In this document: in pieces, positions 10,051-19,326 of the stretch
Numbering within the stretch: the stretch's first letter is position 1
How the letters are laid out: every line of letters starts with the position of its first letter
Source: Clostridia bacterium
GTDB taxonomy: Bacteria; Bacillota; Clostridia; TANB77; CAG-465
Assembly (NCBI GenBank): GCA_045536565.1
Contig: JAZSNU010000014.1
Span: 1-36,276, forward strand
Direction of reading: 5' to 3'
Length of the DNA: 36,276 bases
Translations under genes and position numbers: made by a program
Notes under the pieces: generated by a model
Told to the model about the DNA's origin: nothing
Seen by the model: the letters and a program-made list of their open reading frames with translations, nothing else
The model's database searches: none

Positions 10051-10079
10051 TTGAAAATAAATATTGATATATGTATAAT
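10051..10079 (+). promoter_or_regulatory. Sigma-A promoter of pfk
   Basis: TTGAAA-17 bp-TATAAT. Confidence 0.55.
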
Positions 10080-10116
10080 AACCATATAATTTATAATTTT
10101 AGAAAAGAGGTATAAT

Positions 10117-11190
10117 ATGAAAAAAATAGCTATTATGACAGCAGGTGGAGATTGTTGTGGTCTAAATTCTGCTATAAAAACACTAGTATATGAGGCACAT
10201 AGTAAGGGAGTAGAAGTTGTAGGCGTTTTAGATGGTTTTAAAGGATTTATAGAAGGAAGAAATAAAACAATAACTCTTAATGATGTTTATGGAATAGAAG
10301 ACCTAGGAGGAACTATACTTGGATCTTCAAATAAAGAATGTCCTTTTTATTATTTAGTAGATAAAGAAAAGGAAATATATGAAGATTTAACAGATCAAGG
10401 AATTAAAATACTAACTGATATTGGTGTAGAGGGATTAATTGTAATTGGTGGAGATGGAACATTGGATTCAGCAAGAGTAATACATGAAAGAGGCTTACCG
10501 ACAGTTGGTATTGCTAAAACAATTGACAATGATATGATAGCAAGTGATTGTACAATTGGTTTTGAAACGGCTATTAATAATAATGTGCAAAGCATAGAAA
10601 AATTAAAATCTACAGCGTTTTCACATAAAAGGGCAATTGTAGTTGAGGTAATGGGTAGAACATCTGGATATTTAACCTTATATAGCGGCTTTGCAGCAGG
10701 TGCTGATATTATATTGCTACCTGAAAAAGATTATGACTTAAATGTTATATGTGATAAAGTACAAGAATTGGTAGATAAAAAAAGATATGCTATTATAACG
10801 GTTGCAGAGGCAGCTAAAGAAATTGGAAAGGATGAAACGGTTGCGAAAATTATCGAAGATAGTTTTGAACAAAAGAGATATGGAGGAGTAGCAGATAAAT
10901 TAGCTAAACAAATAGAAGAAAAAACAGGAATAGAGGCAAGAGCACAAGTGTTAGGTTATACTCAAAGAGGCGGAACAACAATATATTCTGACATTATAAA
11001 TGCATCACTACAAGCAGATTATGCATTTGATTTATTGTTAAATAATCAAGCAGGATACATTGTTGGAGTTAAACAAGGAAATGTTGCCAAAATGGAATTC
11101 CCTAAAATCCGTGTACCAAGGGTACTTGATTTTGATAATAATAAACTAGTACAAACATCCTTGAAGATGGGAATTAGTTTCGGTATATAA
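10117..11190 (+). CDS. pfkA: 6-phosphofructokinase, PfkA family (group III-type signature)
   Basis: TAGGD, GGTILGSS, IGGDGT, KTIDND, EVMGR, QRGG. Confidence 0.9.
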   Translation: MKKIAIMTAGGDCCGLNSAIKTLVYEAHSKGVEVVGVLDGFKGFIEGRNKTITLNDVYGIEDLGGTILGSSNKECPFYYLVDKEKEIYEDLTDQGIKILTDIGVEGLIVIGGDGTLDSARVIHERGLPTVGIAKTIDNDMIASDCTIGFETAINNNVQSIEKLKSTAFSHKRAIVVEVMGRTSGYLTLYSGFAAGADIILLPEKDYDLNVICDKVQELVDKKRYAIITVAEAAKEIGKDETVAKIIEDSFEQKRYGGVADKLAKQIEEKTGIEARAQVLGYTQRGGTTIYSDIINASLQADYAFDLLLNNQAGYIVGVKQGNVAKMEFPKIRVPRVLDFDNNKLVQTSLKMGISFGI

Positions 11191-11221
11191 AATAAAATAT
11201 CATCTAACACATAATGAAGTG

Positions 11222-11266
11222 CACCACAAATGTTAGATAAAAAGTTAACATTTGTGGTGTATTTTT
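11222..11266 (+). terminator. Hairpin after pfk, probable terminator
   Basis: CACCACAAATGTTA / TAACATTTGTGGTG perfect 14-bp stem followed by TATTTTT. Confidence 0.6.
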
Positions 11267-11277
11267 CAATTTTTTCC

Positions 11278-11316
11278 AAACAAATGTTTGACAAGCATAT
11301 AACTATATGTTATAAT
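11278..11316 (+). promoter_or_regulatory. lexA promoter with overlapping SOS-box-like palindrome
   Basis: AAAC-AAAT-GTTT (11278-11289) overlaps TTGACA (11288-11293), 17 bp, TG-T-TATAAT (11311-11316). Confidence 0.7.
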
Positions 11317-11348
11317 CGAATTGTAAAATTATTTGGAGGTAATTATAT

Positions 11349-11978
11349 ATGTTAAATAATAACGAACAAAACATTTTGAATTTTATAAAAAAACAAATTA
11401 AAGAAAATGGATATCCGCCATCTGTTAGGGAAATTTGTGCAGCGGTTGGACTAAAATCAACATCTTCTGTACATTTGTACTTAAATAGATTAGCAGATAA
11501 AGGCTGTATATCAAAACAAGGATTAAAAACAAGGGCTATAAAAGTTGTAGATGATGACACAACTTCTATATATGATAGTGAAAATGATGAAAATATCATT
11601 ACAATCCCATTGGTAGGTAATGTAGCAGCAGGTGCCCCTATTTTAGCAGAAGAAAATATAGAAGATTATTTTAAAGTACCATCTAGTTTTATTTCTAAAA
11701 ATGCCATGAAGGTTGGCACATATATGCTTAAAGTTAAGGGCGAAAGTATGATTAATGTAGGGATTAACAATGGTGATTATATAATTATTTCTAAACAAAG
11801 TACTGCAAATAATGGTGAAATAGTTGTTGCTTTAATAGAAAATGAAGCAACTGTAAAAACATTCTATAAAGAAAAAGACTATGTAAGATTACAACCTGAA
11901 AATGATACAATGGAACCTATAATAGTAAAAGATGTTCAAATTCTAGGTAAGGTTATAGGATTATTTAGAAAATATTAA
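11349..11978 (+). CDS. lexA: SOS repressor LexA
   Basis: GYPPSVREIC HTH, VAAG cleavage site, GESM serine, ATVK lysine. Confidence 0.97.
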   Translation: MLNNNEQNILNFIKKQIKENGYPPSVREICAAVGLKSTSSVHLYLNRLADKGCISKQGLKTRAIKVVDDDTTSIYDSENDENIITIPLVGNVAAGAPILAEENIEDYFKVPSSFISKNAMKVGTYMLKVKGESMINVGINNGDYIIISKQSTANNGEIVVALIENEATVKTFYKEKDYVRLQPENDTMEPIIVKDVQILGKVIGLFRKY

Positions 11979-12049
11979 ATAAATATATATATATATAACT
12001 TATAGTATATTTTATCTGCTATAAGTTTTATTTTTATTTTAAATACCAA

Positions 12050-12078
12050 AACATTTTTTATATATTTAGCATAGTATA
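12050..12078 (+). promoter_or_regulatory. Possible mother-cell sigma-K-type promoter
   Basis: AC-17 bp-CATAGTATA fits AC/CATA---TA; spoVF is sigma-K-dependent in Bacillus. Confidence 0.35.
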
Positions 12079-12101
12079 AAGTATACCGGAGGTAAATTAC
12101 T

Positions 12102-12683
12102 ATGAAACTAAAAAACTTAAAAATTGGACTTGGTATAACAGGTTCTTTTTGTAACTTAAAAGATGTAAAAAATATAATTGAAAACTTACATAAAGAAGAA
12201 GTTAAAACAATAATTCCAATTGTTTCAAATAACATACAAAAAGAAGTAAATAGATTTGGTACTCCAGAAGAAACTATCAGCATGCTAAAAAAACTCACTA
12301 AAAATGAGGTCATAGATACAATATCAAAAGCTGAGCCAATTGGGCCTAAAAATTTAATTGATTTAATGATAATAGCACCGTGTACAGGTAATACATTAGC
12401 AAAATTAAATAATGGAATATCAGATACTCCTGTACTTATGGCAGCCAAAAGTCATTTAAGAAATAACAAACCAGTACTACTTGGAATAGCAAGTAACGAT
12501 GCGTTGGGTGCTAATGCCAAAAATATAGGTGAACTATTAAACACAAAGAATATGTTTTTTATACCATTTAGACAAGATGATTATGATAATAAACCTAAAT
12601 CCTTAGTTTTTGATTACACTAAATTAGTAGAAGCCGCAGAATTTGCGATGGAGAATAAACAGTTACAACCTATTTTAATATAA
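12102..12683 (+). CDS. spoVFB: Dipicolinate synthase subunit B
   Basis: GITGSFC, AEPIGPK, APCTGNTLAKL, MAAKSHLRN, PFRQDD, KPKSL, QLQPIL. Confidence 0.94.
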   Translation: MKLKNLKIGLGITGSFCNLKDVKNIIENLHKEEVKTIIPIVSNNIQKEVNRFGTPEETISMLKKLTKNEVIDTISKAEPIGPKNLIDLMIIAPCTGNTLAKLNNGISDTPVLMAAKSHLRNNKPVLLGIASNDALGANAKNIGELLNTKNMFFIPFRQDDYDNKPKSLVFDYTKLVEAAEFAMENKQLQPILI

Positions 12684-12799
12684 ATATAAAACAATCTAAG
12701 TAATAAATCATTTCATAAACTTAGGTTGTTTTCTTGTATAATATAAATATATATGGTATAATATCTACATATTATGTAAATAAATTAGGAGGAATAATC

Positions 12800-14110
12800 T
12801 TGAAAGCAAGTTTAATCACTCTTGGGTGTAATAAAAATGAAATTGATAGTGAAATGATAGTTTCCTATGTATCAAATAGAGGCTTTGAAATAACAGATAA
12901 TCTATCAGAGGCATCACTAATCATAATAAACACTTGTGGATTTATAAATTCAGCAAAAGAAGAAGCAATTAACACTATACTAAATGTAATAGATTACAAA
13001 TATGAAGGTACATGTGAGCATATATTTGTAGTTGGCTGTCTGGCTAAAAGATATAAAAAAGAAATATATAAAGAATTTCCAGAAGTAGACTTAGTAATTG
13101 GTGTTGACGAATATTCTAAATTTGATACAATTTTTTCTAAGTATTTTAAATTAAATGATTCTAAATTAAGTTTAAATTTTCATAATAGAGAAGTATCTTC
13201 TTTGTTTCCGATGGCATATTTAAGAATATCTGATGGTTGTAATAATAGATGTCATTATTGTGCTATTCCACTTATTAGAGGTAATTTAAAAAGTAGAAAA
13301 ATAGAAGATATTGTGTTAGAGGCTAAAAATTTAGTATCAAAAGGTATTAAAGAGTTATGCATAATATCCCAAGATACAACATCTTACGGAATTGATATTT
13401 ACGGCAGATGCGAACTTAGAAAATTAATACAAGAATTATCTAAAATTCAAGATTTAAAATGGATTAGAGTGTTATATATGTATCCTGGAAAAATATCAGA
13501 TGATTTATTACAAGAATTTTTAGAAAATAATAAGTTATGTAGATATTTCGACATACCTGTACAACATATTTCTGATAAAATGTTAAAGCTTATGAATAGG
13601 CATACAACAAAACAAGAAATATATGATGTTGTAAATAAAATAAGAGAAAAAATTCCAGATGCAATAATTCGTACAACGGTTATGGTTGGGTATCAGCAAG
13701 AAGACGAAATGGATTTTGAAGAATTAAAGCAAGGAATCAAAGATCTACAATTTGATAGGTTAGGAACATTTACCTTTTCAAAGGAAGATGATACAGTTGC
13801 AAGTACAATAGATGGAGATATAGATGAGCAAGTAAAAGAAAAAAGATATAATGAGATTATGGAGTTGCAACAAAATATAATTAGTGAAAAAATGAAAGAT
13901 CTAATTGGCAAAGAATTTGAGTTAGTTGTAGAAGATGTAACTAAGGATAATAAATATTTTATTTGTAGGTCATATATGGATGCACCAGATGTTGATCCTA
14001 GAATATATTTAAAGCTTGAAGAAAATATAGATAAGGTAATAGTAGGTGAATATTATAATGTAGTATTAACTGAAATAAATGGCTATGATTTTATAGCAAA
14101 ATTAAAATAG
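12800..14110 (+). CDS. rimO: Ribosomal protein S12 methylthiotransferase
   Basis: LGCNKNEIDSE, NTCGFI, GCNNRCHYCAIP, C-terminal DAPDVD TRAM region; TTG start after AGGAGG. Confidence 0.93.
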   Translation: MKASLITLGCNKNEIDSEMIVSYVSNRGFEITDNLSEASLIIINTCGFINSAKEEAINTILNVIDYKYEGTCEHIFVVGCLAKRYKKEIYKEFPEVDLVIGVDEYSKFDTIFSKYFKLNDSKLSLNFHNREVSSLFPMAYLRISDGCNNRCHYCAIPLIRGNLKSRKIEDIVLEAKNLVSKGIKELCIISQDTTSYGIDIYGRCELRKLIQELSKIQDLKWIRVLYMYPGKISDDLLQEFLENNKLCRYFDIPVQHISDKMLKLMNRHTTKQEIYDVVNKIREKIPDAIIRTTVMVGYQQEDEMDFEELKQGIKDLQFDRLGTFTFSKEDDTVASTIDGDIDEQVKEKRYNEIMELQQNIISEKMKDLIGKEFELVVEDVTKDNKYFICRSYMDAPDVDPRIYLKLEENIDKVIVGEYYNVVLTEINGYDFIAKLK

Positions 14111-14121
14111 GAGGAGTTTAA

Positions 14122-15447
14122 ATGTATAGTAGAGAAGATTTAGTAAAAGCAACATTAACAGAGCTTAGACAAATTGCGGACGAGAAAAAAATTGATGGAT
14201 ATGAAAGATTAAAAAAAGAATATTTAATTGAGGAAATAGTAAAGGCTCTTGAAGAGAAAAAAGAGTTAGAAGTAAAAAATGATATACAGATTGAAAATAC
14301 TGAAACTGATTATATCGCAGAAGGTACACTTGAAGTATTACCAGATGGTTATGGTTTTTTAAGAAGTGACAATTACTTGTCTGGTAGTAAAGATATATAT
14401 GTATCAGCAGTTCAAATAAGAAGATTTAATTTATCAAGCGGAGATACATTAAGAGGGATTGCAAGATTTACAACAGATCCTCAAAACAAATTTCCATCTA
14501 TGATATATGTACAATCAATAAATGGAGATAGTATAGAAACCGCTTTAAAAAGAAAATCTTTTGAAGCATTAATACCTATTTATGCTAATGAAAGATTAAA
14601 ATTAGAAAGTGATAACACACCTGTTTCTATGAGAATTATCGATATACTTGCACCTATTGGTAAAGGACAAAGAGGACTTATAGTTGCTCCTCCAAAAGCA
14701 GGTAAGACAACTATGCTAAAACAAATAGCAAATAGTATAACAAAAAATAACCCAGAAGTTAAAATGATTGTTCTTTTAATTGACGAAAGACCAGAAGAAG
14801 TAACAGATATAGAAAGATCTATTGATGCAGAAGTTGTTTCATCTACATTTGACGAAGCACCAGAACATCATATTAAGGTTGCTAAAATGGTTTTAGAAAG
14901 AGCAAAAAGACTAGTAGAACATAATAAAGATGTTGTTATATTATTAGATAGTATAACAAGACTTGCAAGAGCAAACAACTTATCTGTTGAGCCATCTGGA
15001 AGAACTTTATCTGGTGGTCTTGATCCTGCATGTTTACATTTCCCTAAGAAATTCTTTGGTGCTGCAAGAAATATAGAGAAAGGTGGAAGCCTTACAATTC
15101 TTGCAACTGCTCTTGTAGATACAGGTAGCAGAATGGATGACATCATTTTTGAAGAATTTAAGGGAACTGGTAATATGGAAATTCACTTAGATAGAAAATT
15201 AAGCGAAAGAAGAATATTCCCATCAATTGATATTCAGAAATCTGGAACAAGAAGAGAAGATTTACTACTTACAGATAAAGAAATGGAAGCAAGTAACAAA
15301 ATACATAAATTACTATCAATGCAATCTGGTCTTCAATTAATTGAAACAGTTGAAAAAATACTTAATATATTCGTCAAAACAAAAAATAACGAAGAGTTTA
15401 TGGATACTTTTAGTAAAGCAGTTACTAAAAAGAAGAAGGAAGATTAA
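14122..15447 (+). CDS. rho: Transcription termination factor Rho
   Basis: DGYGFLR, APPKAGKT, DERPEEVTD, DSITRLARA, FKGTGNME, SGTRREDLL. Confidence 0.97.
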   Translation: MYSREDLVKATLTELRQIADEKKIDGYERLKKEYLIEEIVKALEEKKELEVKNDIQIENTETDYIAEGTLEVLPDGYGFLRSDNYLSGSKDIYVSAVQIRRFNLSSGDTLRGIARFTTDPQNKFPSMIYVQSINGDSIETALKRKSFEALIPIYANERLKLESDNTPVSMRIIDILAPIGKGQRGLIVAPPKAGKTTMLKQIANSITKNNPEVKMIVLLIDERPEEVTDIERSIDAEVVSSTFDEAPEHHIKVAKMVLERAKRLVEHNKDVVILLDSITRLARANNLSVEPSGRTLSGGLDPACLHFPKKFFGAARNIEKGGSLTILATALVDTGSRMDDIIFEEFKGTGNMEIHLDRKLSERRIFPSIDIQKSGTRREDLLLTDKEMEASNKIHKLLSMQSGLQLIETVEKILNIFVKTKNNEEFMDTFSKAVTKKKKED

Positions 15448-15462
15448 TACACATTATATTTT

Positions 15463-15490
15463 AGAATAGGTATGTAGCCTATTCTTTTTT
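15463..15490 (+). terminator. Intrinsic terminator after rho
   Basis: AGAATAGG / CCTATTCT stem plus T run. Confidence 0.75.
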
Positions 15491-15501
15491 ATGCTCGTTA
15501 G

Positions 15502-15530
15502 TTGACATAAGCATACAAGAGTGATATAAT
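15502..15530 (+). promoter_or_regulatory. Consensus sigma-A promoter of an accessory unit
   Basis: TTGACA-17 bp-TATAAT with TG extension. Confidence 0.75.
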
Positions 15531-15580
15531 TATGTAGTATTTTAAATGTATTTAAATAATAATTTATTAGGAGGGAAAAT

Positions 15581-16024
15581 ATGTTAACTATTTTTATTGT
15601 TATGGTACTTGTAATAGCATTAATAAATGTGTTTTTTAAAGTATCAAGTGAAAAAGAGAAACCTGTAATTGTGATCGGTTCTAGTTTTCTTTTTGTTATT
15701 ATTGCAACAACAATTAGCTTACTTCCACTTGCTGGTTATGAAAGTACACCAATTATTGAAGATGTAGTTTTATCACCTTTGGTAGATGGAGAAGAATTAG
15801 ACTGTTATCTAATTAATTCAGAAGAATATTATTATACATATAAAACAGATACAGTTCATACATTAAGCGGAACAAATGTAAGTTACATTGAAGACAGTAG
15901 TGATAAGAATATAATATTAAGGAAAAGTATATATAAGCCGAAAACAAATATGTTTACATTTGCATTTGGTGCCGAAAAAGTCGAATACACATTTTATGTT
16001 CCAAGAGGAACTGTTATAAAATAA
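15581..16024 (+). CDS. Hypothetical membrane protein, 147 aa
   Basis: Two N-terminal hydrophobic helices; GGAG RBS. Confidence 0.7.
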   Translation: MLTIFIVMVLVIALINVFFKVSSEKEKPVIVIGSSFLFVIIATTISLLPLAGYESTPIIEDVVLSPLVDGEELDCYLINSEEYYYTYKTDTVHTLSGTNVSYIEDSSDKNIILRKSIYKPKTNMFTFAFGAEKVEYTFYVPRGTVIK

Positions 16025-16049
16025 TACTTATAAAGGAGAGGTAAATACG

Positions 16050-16526
16050 ATGAAAATTGTTGCTAAAAAAGGTGTTATGGACGGAGATAAATGTATTATT
16101 CCATGTGAATTCACAGATATTAAGCAAGCAATTGTGGATAATAATTTCAGCGATACCATATATATAACCTTAAAAGATGAACTGTATGGAATTGCAGTTA
16201 TTAAAGATTTAAACTCAGGTAAGGTTGAATATACACAAAATGAATTTGATGAGATAAATCAATTTCAAAACGGTGTACTAGTATTCGGACAATATTGTGA
16301 ACGATTTGGTATGAAATATGGACTTATTAATACTGAATTAAATGAAGTTTTGGAGTGTATATATGATGAAATAGATTATCTTTCTTACGATTATGTAAGT
16401 ATAAAAAAAGACGGTAAATATGGAGTATATAGCATACCAGAAAAGAAAATTATAGTTGAGTGTAACCATAAAGGTGTAAGTTGGACCAATGAAGATGGCA
16501 AGGATAAGATTATACTTGATGTATAA
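16050..16526 (+). CDS. Short WG-repeat-like protein, 158 aa
   Basis: KYGLINTELNEVLECIYDEI, KDGKYGVYSIPEKKIIVEC. Confidence 0.7.
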   Translation: MKIVAKKGVMDGDKCIIPCEFTDIKQAIVDNNFSDTIYITLKDELYGIAVIKDLNSGKVEYTQNEFDEINQFQNGVLVFGQYCERFGMKYGLINTELNEVLECIYDEIDYLSYDYVSIKKDGKYGVYSIPEKKIIVECNHKGVSWTNEDGKDKIILDV

Positions 16527-16532
16527 AATATT

Positions 16533-16566
16533 AAAAGGTGGAGATAAAAATCTCTGCCTTTTTTCT
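16533..16566 (+). terminator. Intrinsic terminator closing the accessory unit
   Basis: AAAAGGTGGAGAT / ATCTCTGCCTTTT stem plus T run. Confidence 0.7.
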
Positions 16567-16680
16567 TTGCAAATTTGGTATAAATACAAAAAGTTTTGCC
16601 TTTTGTCTTGTTTTTATTTCCTCTATGTGTTAAAATATTCAAGTAAAATGTTATTTTATCGCTTAAAGGAGGGACAAATA

Positions 16681-16881
16681 ATGAAACAAGATATTCAACC
16701 AAAATTCGAAAAAGCTACTATAACTTGTGCTTGTGGTAATGTAATAGAAACTAAATCAACTAAAGCTGATATGAAAACTGATACATGTAGTGCATGTCAT
16801 CCATTCTATACTGGTAAAAAACAAGCAGTATCATCTAAGGGTAGAGCAGCTAAGTTCGTAGAAAAATATGGAAATAAATAA
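16681..16881 (+). CDS. rpmE: 50S ribosomal protein L31, zinc-binding type
   Basis: MKQDIQP...CACG...CSACHPFYTG; start at 16681 after AAGGAGG. Confidence 0.96.
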   Translation: MKQDIQPKFEKATITCACGNVIETKSTKADMKTDTCSACHPFYTGKKQAVSSKGRAAKFVEKYGNK

Positions 16882-16948
16882 TAATAGTAATTGATGCTAC
16901 TTATATGTTAAATATAGGTAGCTATTTTAATATATGTTGGAGGTATTT

Positions 16949-17767
16949 ATGGGATTAAAAGATGTAGCCTTTATGTACGATTTTGATGGTACACTTGCAA
17001 GCGGAAATATACAAGAATATAACTTTATTCCTGCTTTAAATATGACAAGTAGTGTATTTTGGAAAGAAGTATCGGATTTAGCGTCTGAAAACAATATGGA
17101 CACAGTGCTTGCATATATGTATTTAATGCTAAAAAAAGCAGAAGCAAATGATATATCTATTAAAAAATCTGCTTTCTTTGAATATGGTAAAAATGTTTCC
17201 TTATATCAAGGCGTAACTAGTTGGTTTGATAGAATAAATAAATATGGTGAAAAATTAGGATTAAATATCCACCATTATATTATATCTTCTGGTATAAAAG
17301 AAATGATTGAAGGTACTGAAATAGCACATAATTTTGATAGAATTTATGCATGTAGCTATATGTATAATATTGATAATATAGCAAAATGGCCTGCTGTTTG
17401 CGTTAATTACACTAATAAAACACAATTTTTATTTAGAATAAATAAAGGGATCCTAGATGTTTATGATCCTAAGGTAAATGATTATATGACAGAGGATAAA
17501 AAGAATATTAAATTTTCTAATATGGTATATTTTGGAGATGGTGAAACTGATATTCCATGTATGAAACTTGTTAAAAATTTTGGGGGTAAGTCAGTAGCGG
17601 TATTTGATTCGGAAAATAGAAAAAAGGTTGCTGAAAAAATGTATGAAGATGGAAGAGTAAATTTCTATGCAGAATCGGATTACTCTAAAAACAGTAAATT
17701 GGATTGTTACATAAAAGAATGTTTAAACGAGATTGCATGTAGGGTGAAACAAGATGAACTTAAATAA
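16949..17767 (+). CDS. HAD-superfamily hydrolase
   Basis: YDFDGTL motif I, ISSG, GDGETDIP; start placed after GGAGG. Confidence 0.85.
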   Translation: MGLKDVAFMYDFDGTLASGNIQEYNFIPALNMTSSVFWKEVSDLASENNMDTVLAYMYLMLKKAEANDISIKKSAFFEYGKNVSLYQGVTSWFDRINKYGEKLGLNIHHYIISSGIKEMIEGTEIAHNFDRIYACSYMYNIDNIAKWPAVCVNYTNKTQFLFRINKGILDVYDPKVNDYMTEDKKNIKFSNMVYFGDGETDIPCMKLVKNFGGKSVAVFDSENRKKVAEKMYEDGRVNFYAESDYSKNSKLDCYIKECLNEIACRVKQDELK

Positions 17768-18620
17768 ATTGTATGAAAAAATATCAAACTACGACTTTTC
17801 TAATATAGATATATGTGATAAAGAGTTTGCAATTACCTCTTTAATCTGCCATATCAAAAACATTAGCAAATCAGAATATTTAATTAGAAAAAATGATATG
17901 GATATTTCCGAAAATGAATATTTAAAGCTAAAAGATCATTTAGATAATCTCATAAACAATAATATACCGCTTCAATATATTATAGGTAAAGTATATCTGT
18001 ATAACGAAGAGTATATTGTAAACGAAAATGTATTAATACCAAGACAAGATACAGAAATATTAATAGAAAATGCGGTAAAGTATGTAAATAAATATAATTT
18101 AAAAAATGGACTAGACTTATGCTGTGGAAGTGGTGCTATTGGGATTTCTGTTTCAAAAAATTCTAACTTAAAAGAGATTACATTTGTGGATATATCAGAA
18201 AAAGCATTAGAAATAACAGAAAAGAATATTAAAAATAATGATGTTAATATAAAAACAAATCTAAGACATTCAAATTTATTCGAAACATTAATGACAGATA
18301 ACAATAGATACGATATAATAATGTCAAATCCGCCATATATTAAATCTAGCGATATAAATAATTTATCAGAATATGTAAAAAAGGAACCTTTGCTTGCACT
18401 AGATGGAGGACAAGATGGTCTTTTCTTTTATAATAAAATAATAGATGAGGCAAGAAATTTTTTAAATGATAATGGCTTTTTGATATTTGAAATTGGTTAT
18501 GACCAAATGGATGATTTAGAGAATATTTTTAGCAAATATAAAGAATATGAAATAATAGAAAAAATTAAAGACTATAATTTAAATGATAGGGTGATAATAT
18601 GTCGTTTTCACAAAATATAA
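17754..18620 (+). CDS. prmC: Release factor glutamine methyltransferase
   Basis: PLQYIIG, VLIPRQDTE, DLCCGSG, SNPPY, EPLLALDGG, FEIG. Confidence 0.95.
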   Translation: MNLNKLYEKISNYDFSNIDICDKEFAITSLICHIKNISKSEYLIRKNDMDISENEYLKLKDHLDNLINNNIPLQYIIGKVYLYNEEYIVNENVLIPRQDTEILIENAVKYVNKYNLKNGLDLCCGSGAIGISVSKNSNLKEITFVDISEKALEITEKNIKNNDVNIKTNLRHSNLFETLMTDNNRYDIIMSNPPYIKSSDINNLSEYVKKEPLLALDGGQDGLFFYNKIIDEARNFLNDNGFLIFEIGYDQMDDLENIFSKYKEYEIIEKIKDYNLNDRVIICRFHKI

Positions 18621-19312
18621 AAGATGAAATACTTATGCAAAATACAAATAAAAAATGTTGCTTAAATGTACAAAGAGCAGCAGAACTTTTAACGGAAGGG
18701 GAAACAATTGATGCACAAGCATTAAAAAAATCTGTAAAAAGTAATAACTGTTGCAAAAAAGCGTTTTTAAAAGGCTTATTTTTAGGAAGTGGTTGTATTG
18801 TAGATCCTAATACCGATTATCATTTCGAGATTACTACAAAATCTAAAAAAAATTCAACAATTGTTCTGGATATATTAAATAATATAATTGGATTTGAGTG
18901 TAAGTTAATAAAAAGAAGTACCAACCTTTATGTTATATATATCAAAGATTCTGAGCAAATATCAATTGTATTATCACATTTAGGCGCAAATAACGCTTTA
19001 TTTGAATATGAAAATATAAGAGCATTAAGAAGTATTAAAAACAATATAAATAGAAGTATTAATTGCGAAACAGCAAATCTTACAAAAACGATTTCTGCTG
19101 CATATAAACAACTTAATGCAATACAAAAATTGGAACAAAATGGCATGATAGACAAACTTTCTTTTGAGCTTAAAGAAATATGTATGCTAAGAAAAGAAAA
19201 CCCAGAAATGAGCCTAGAAGAACTTAGTAAATTATGTTCAACACCTGTGACTAAATCAGGAGTAAATCATAGATTAAATAAAATTACCGAACTTGCAAAT
19301 AAAATAAATTAG
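18599..19312 (+). CDS. whiA: DNA-binding protein WhiA, short form
   Basis: MSFS..IK.E start, AFLKGLFLGSG, NRSINCETANLTKT, C-terminal SLEEL...TKSGVNHRL. Confidence 0.88.
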   Translation: MSFSQNIKDEILMQNTNKKCCLNVQRAAELLTEGETIDAQALKKSVKSNNCCKKAFLKGLFLGSGCIVDPNTDYHFEITTKSKKNSTIVLDILNNIIGFECKLIKRSTNLYVIYIKDSEQISIVLSHLGANNALFEYENIRALRSIKNNINRSINCETANLTKTISAAYKQLNAIQKLEQNGMIDKLSFELKEICMLRKENPEMSLEELSKLCSTPVTKSGVNHRLNKITELANKIN

Positions 19313-19326
19313 AAAGGGATAGATAT

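Noticed and set aside
16489-16680. N-terminal extension of L31 in the ORF track
   Set aside because: It crosses a terminator; the RBS and L31 homology begin at 16681
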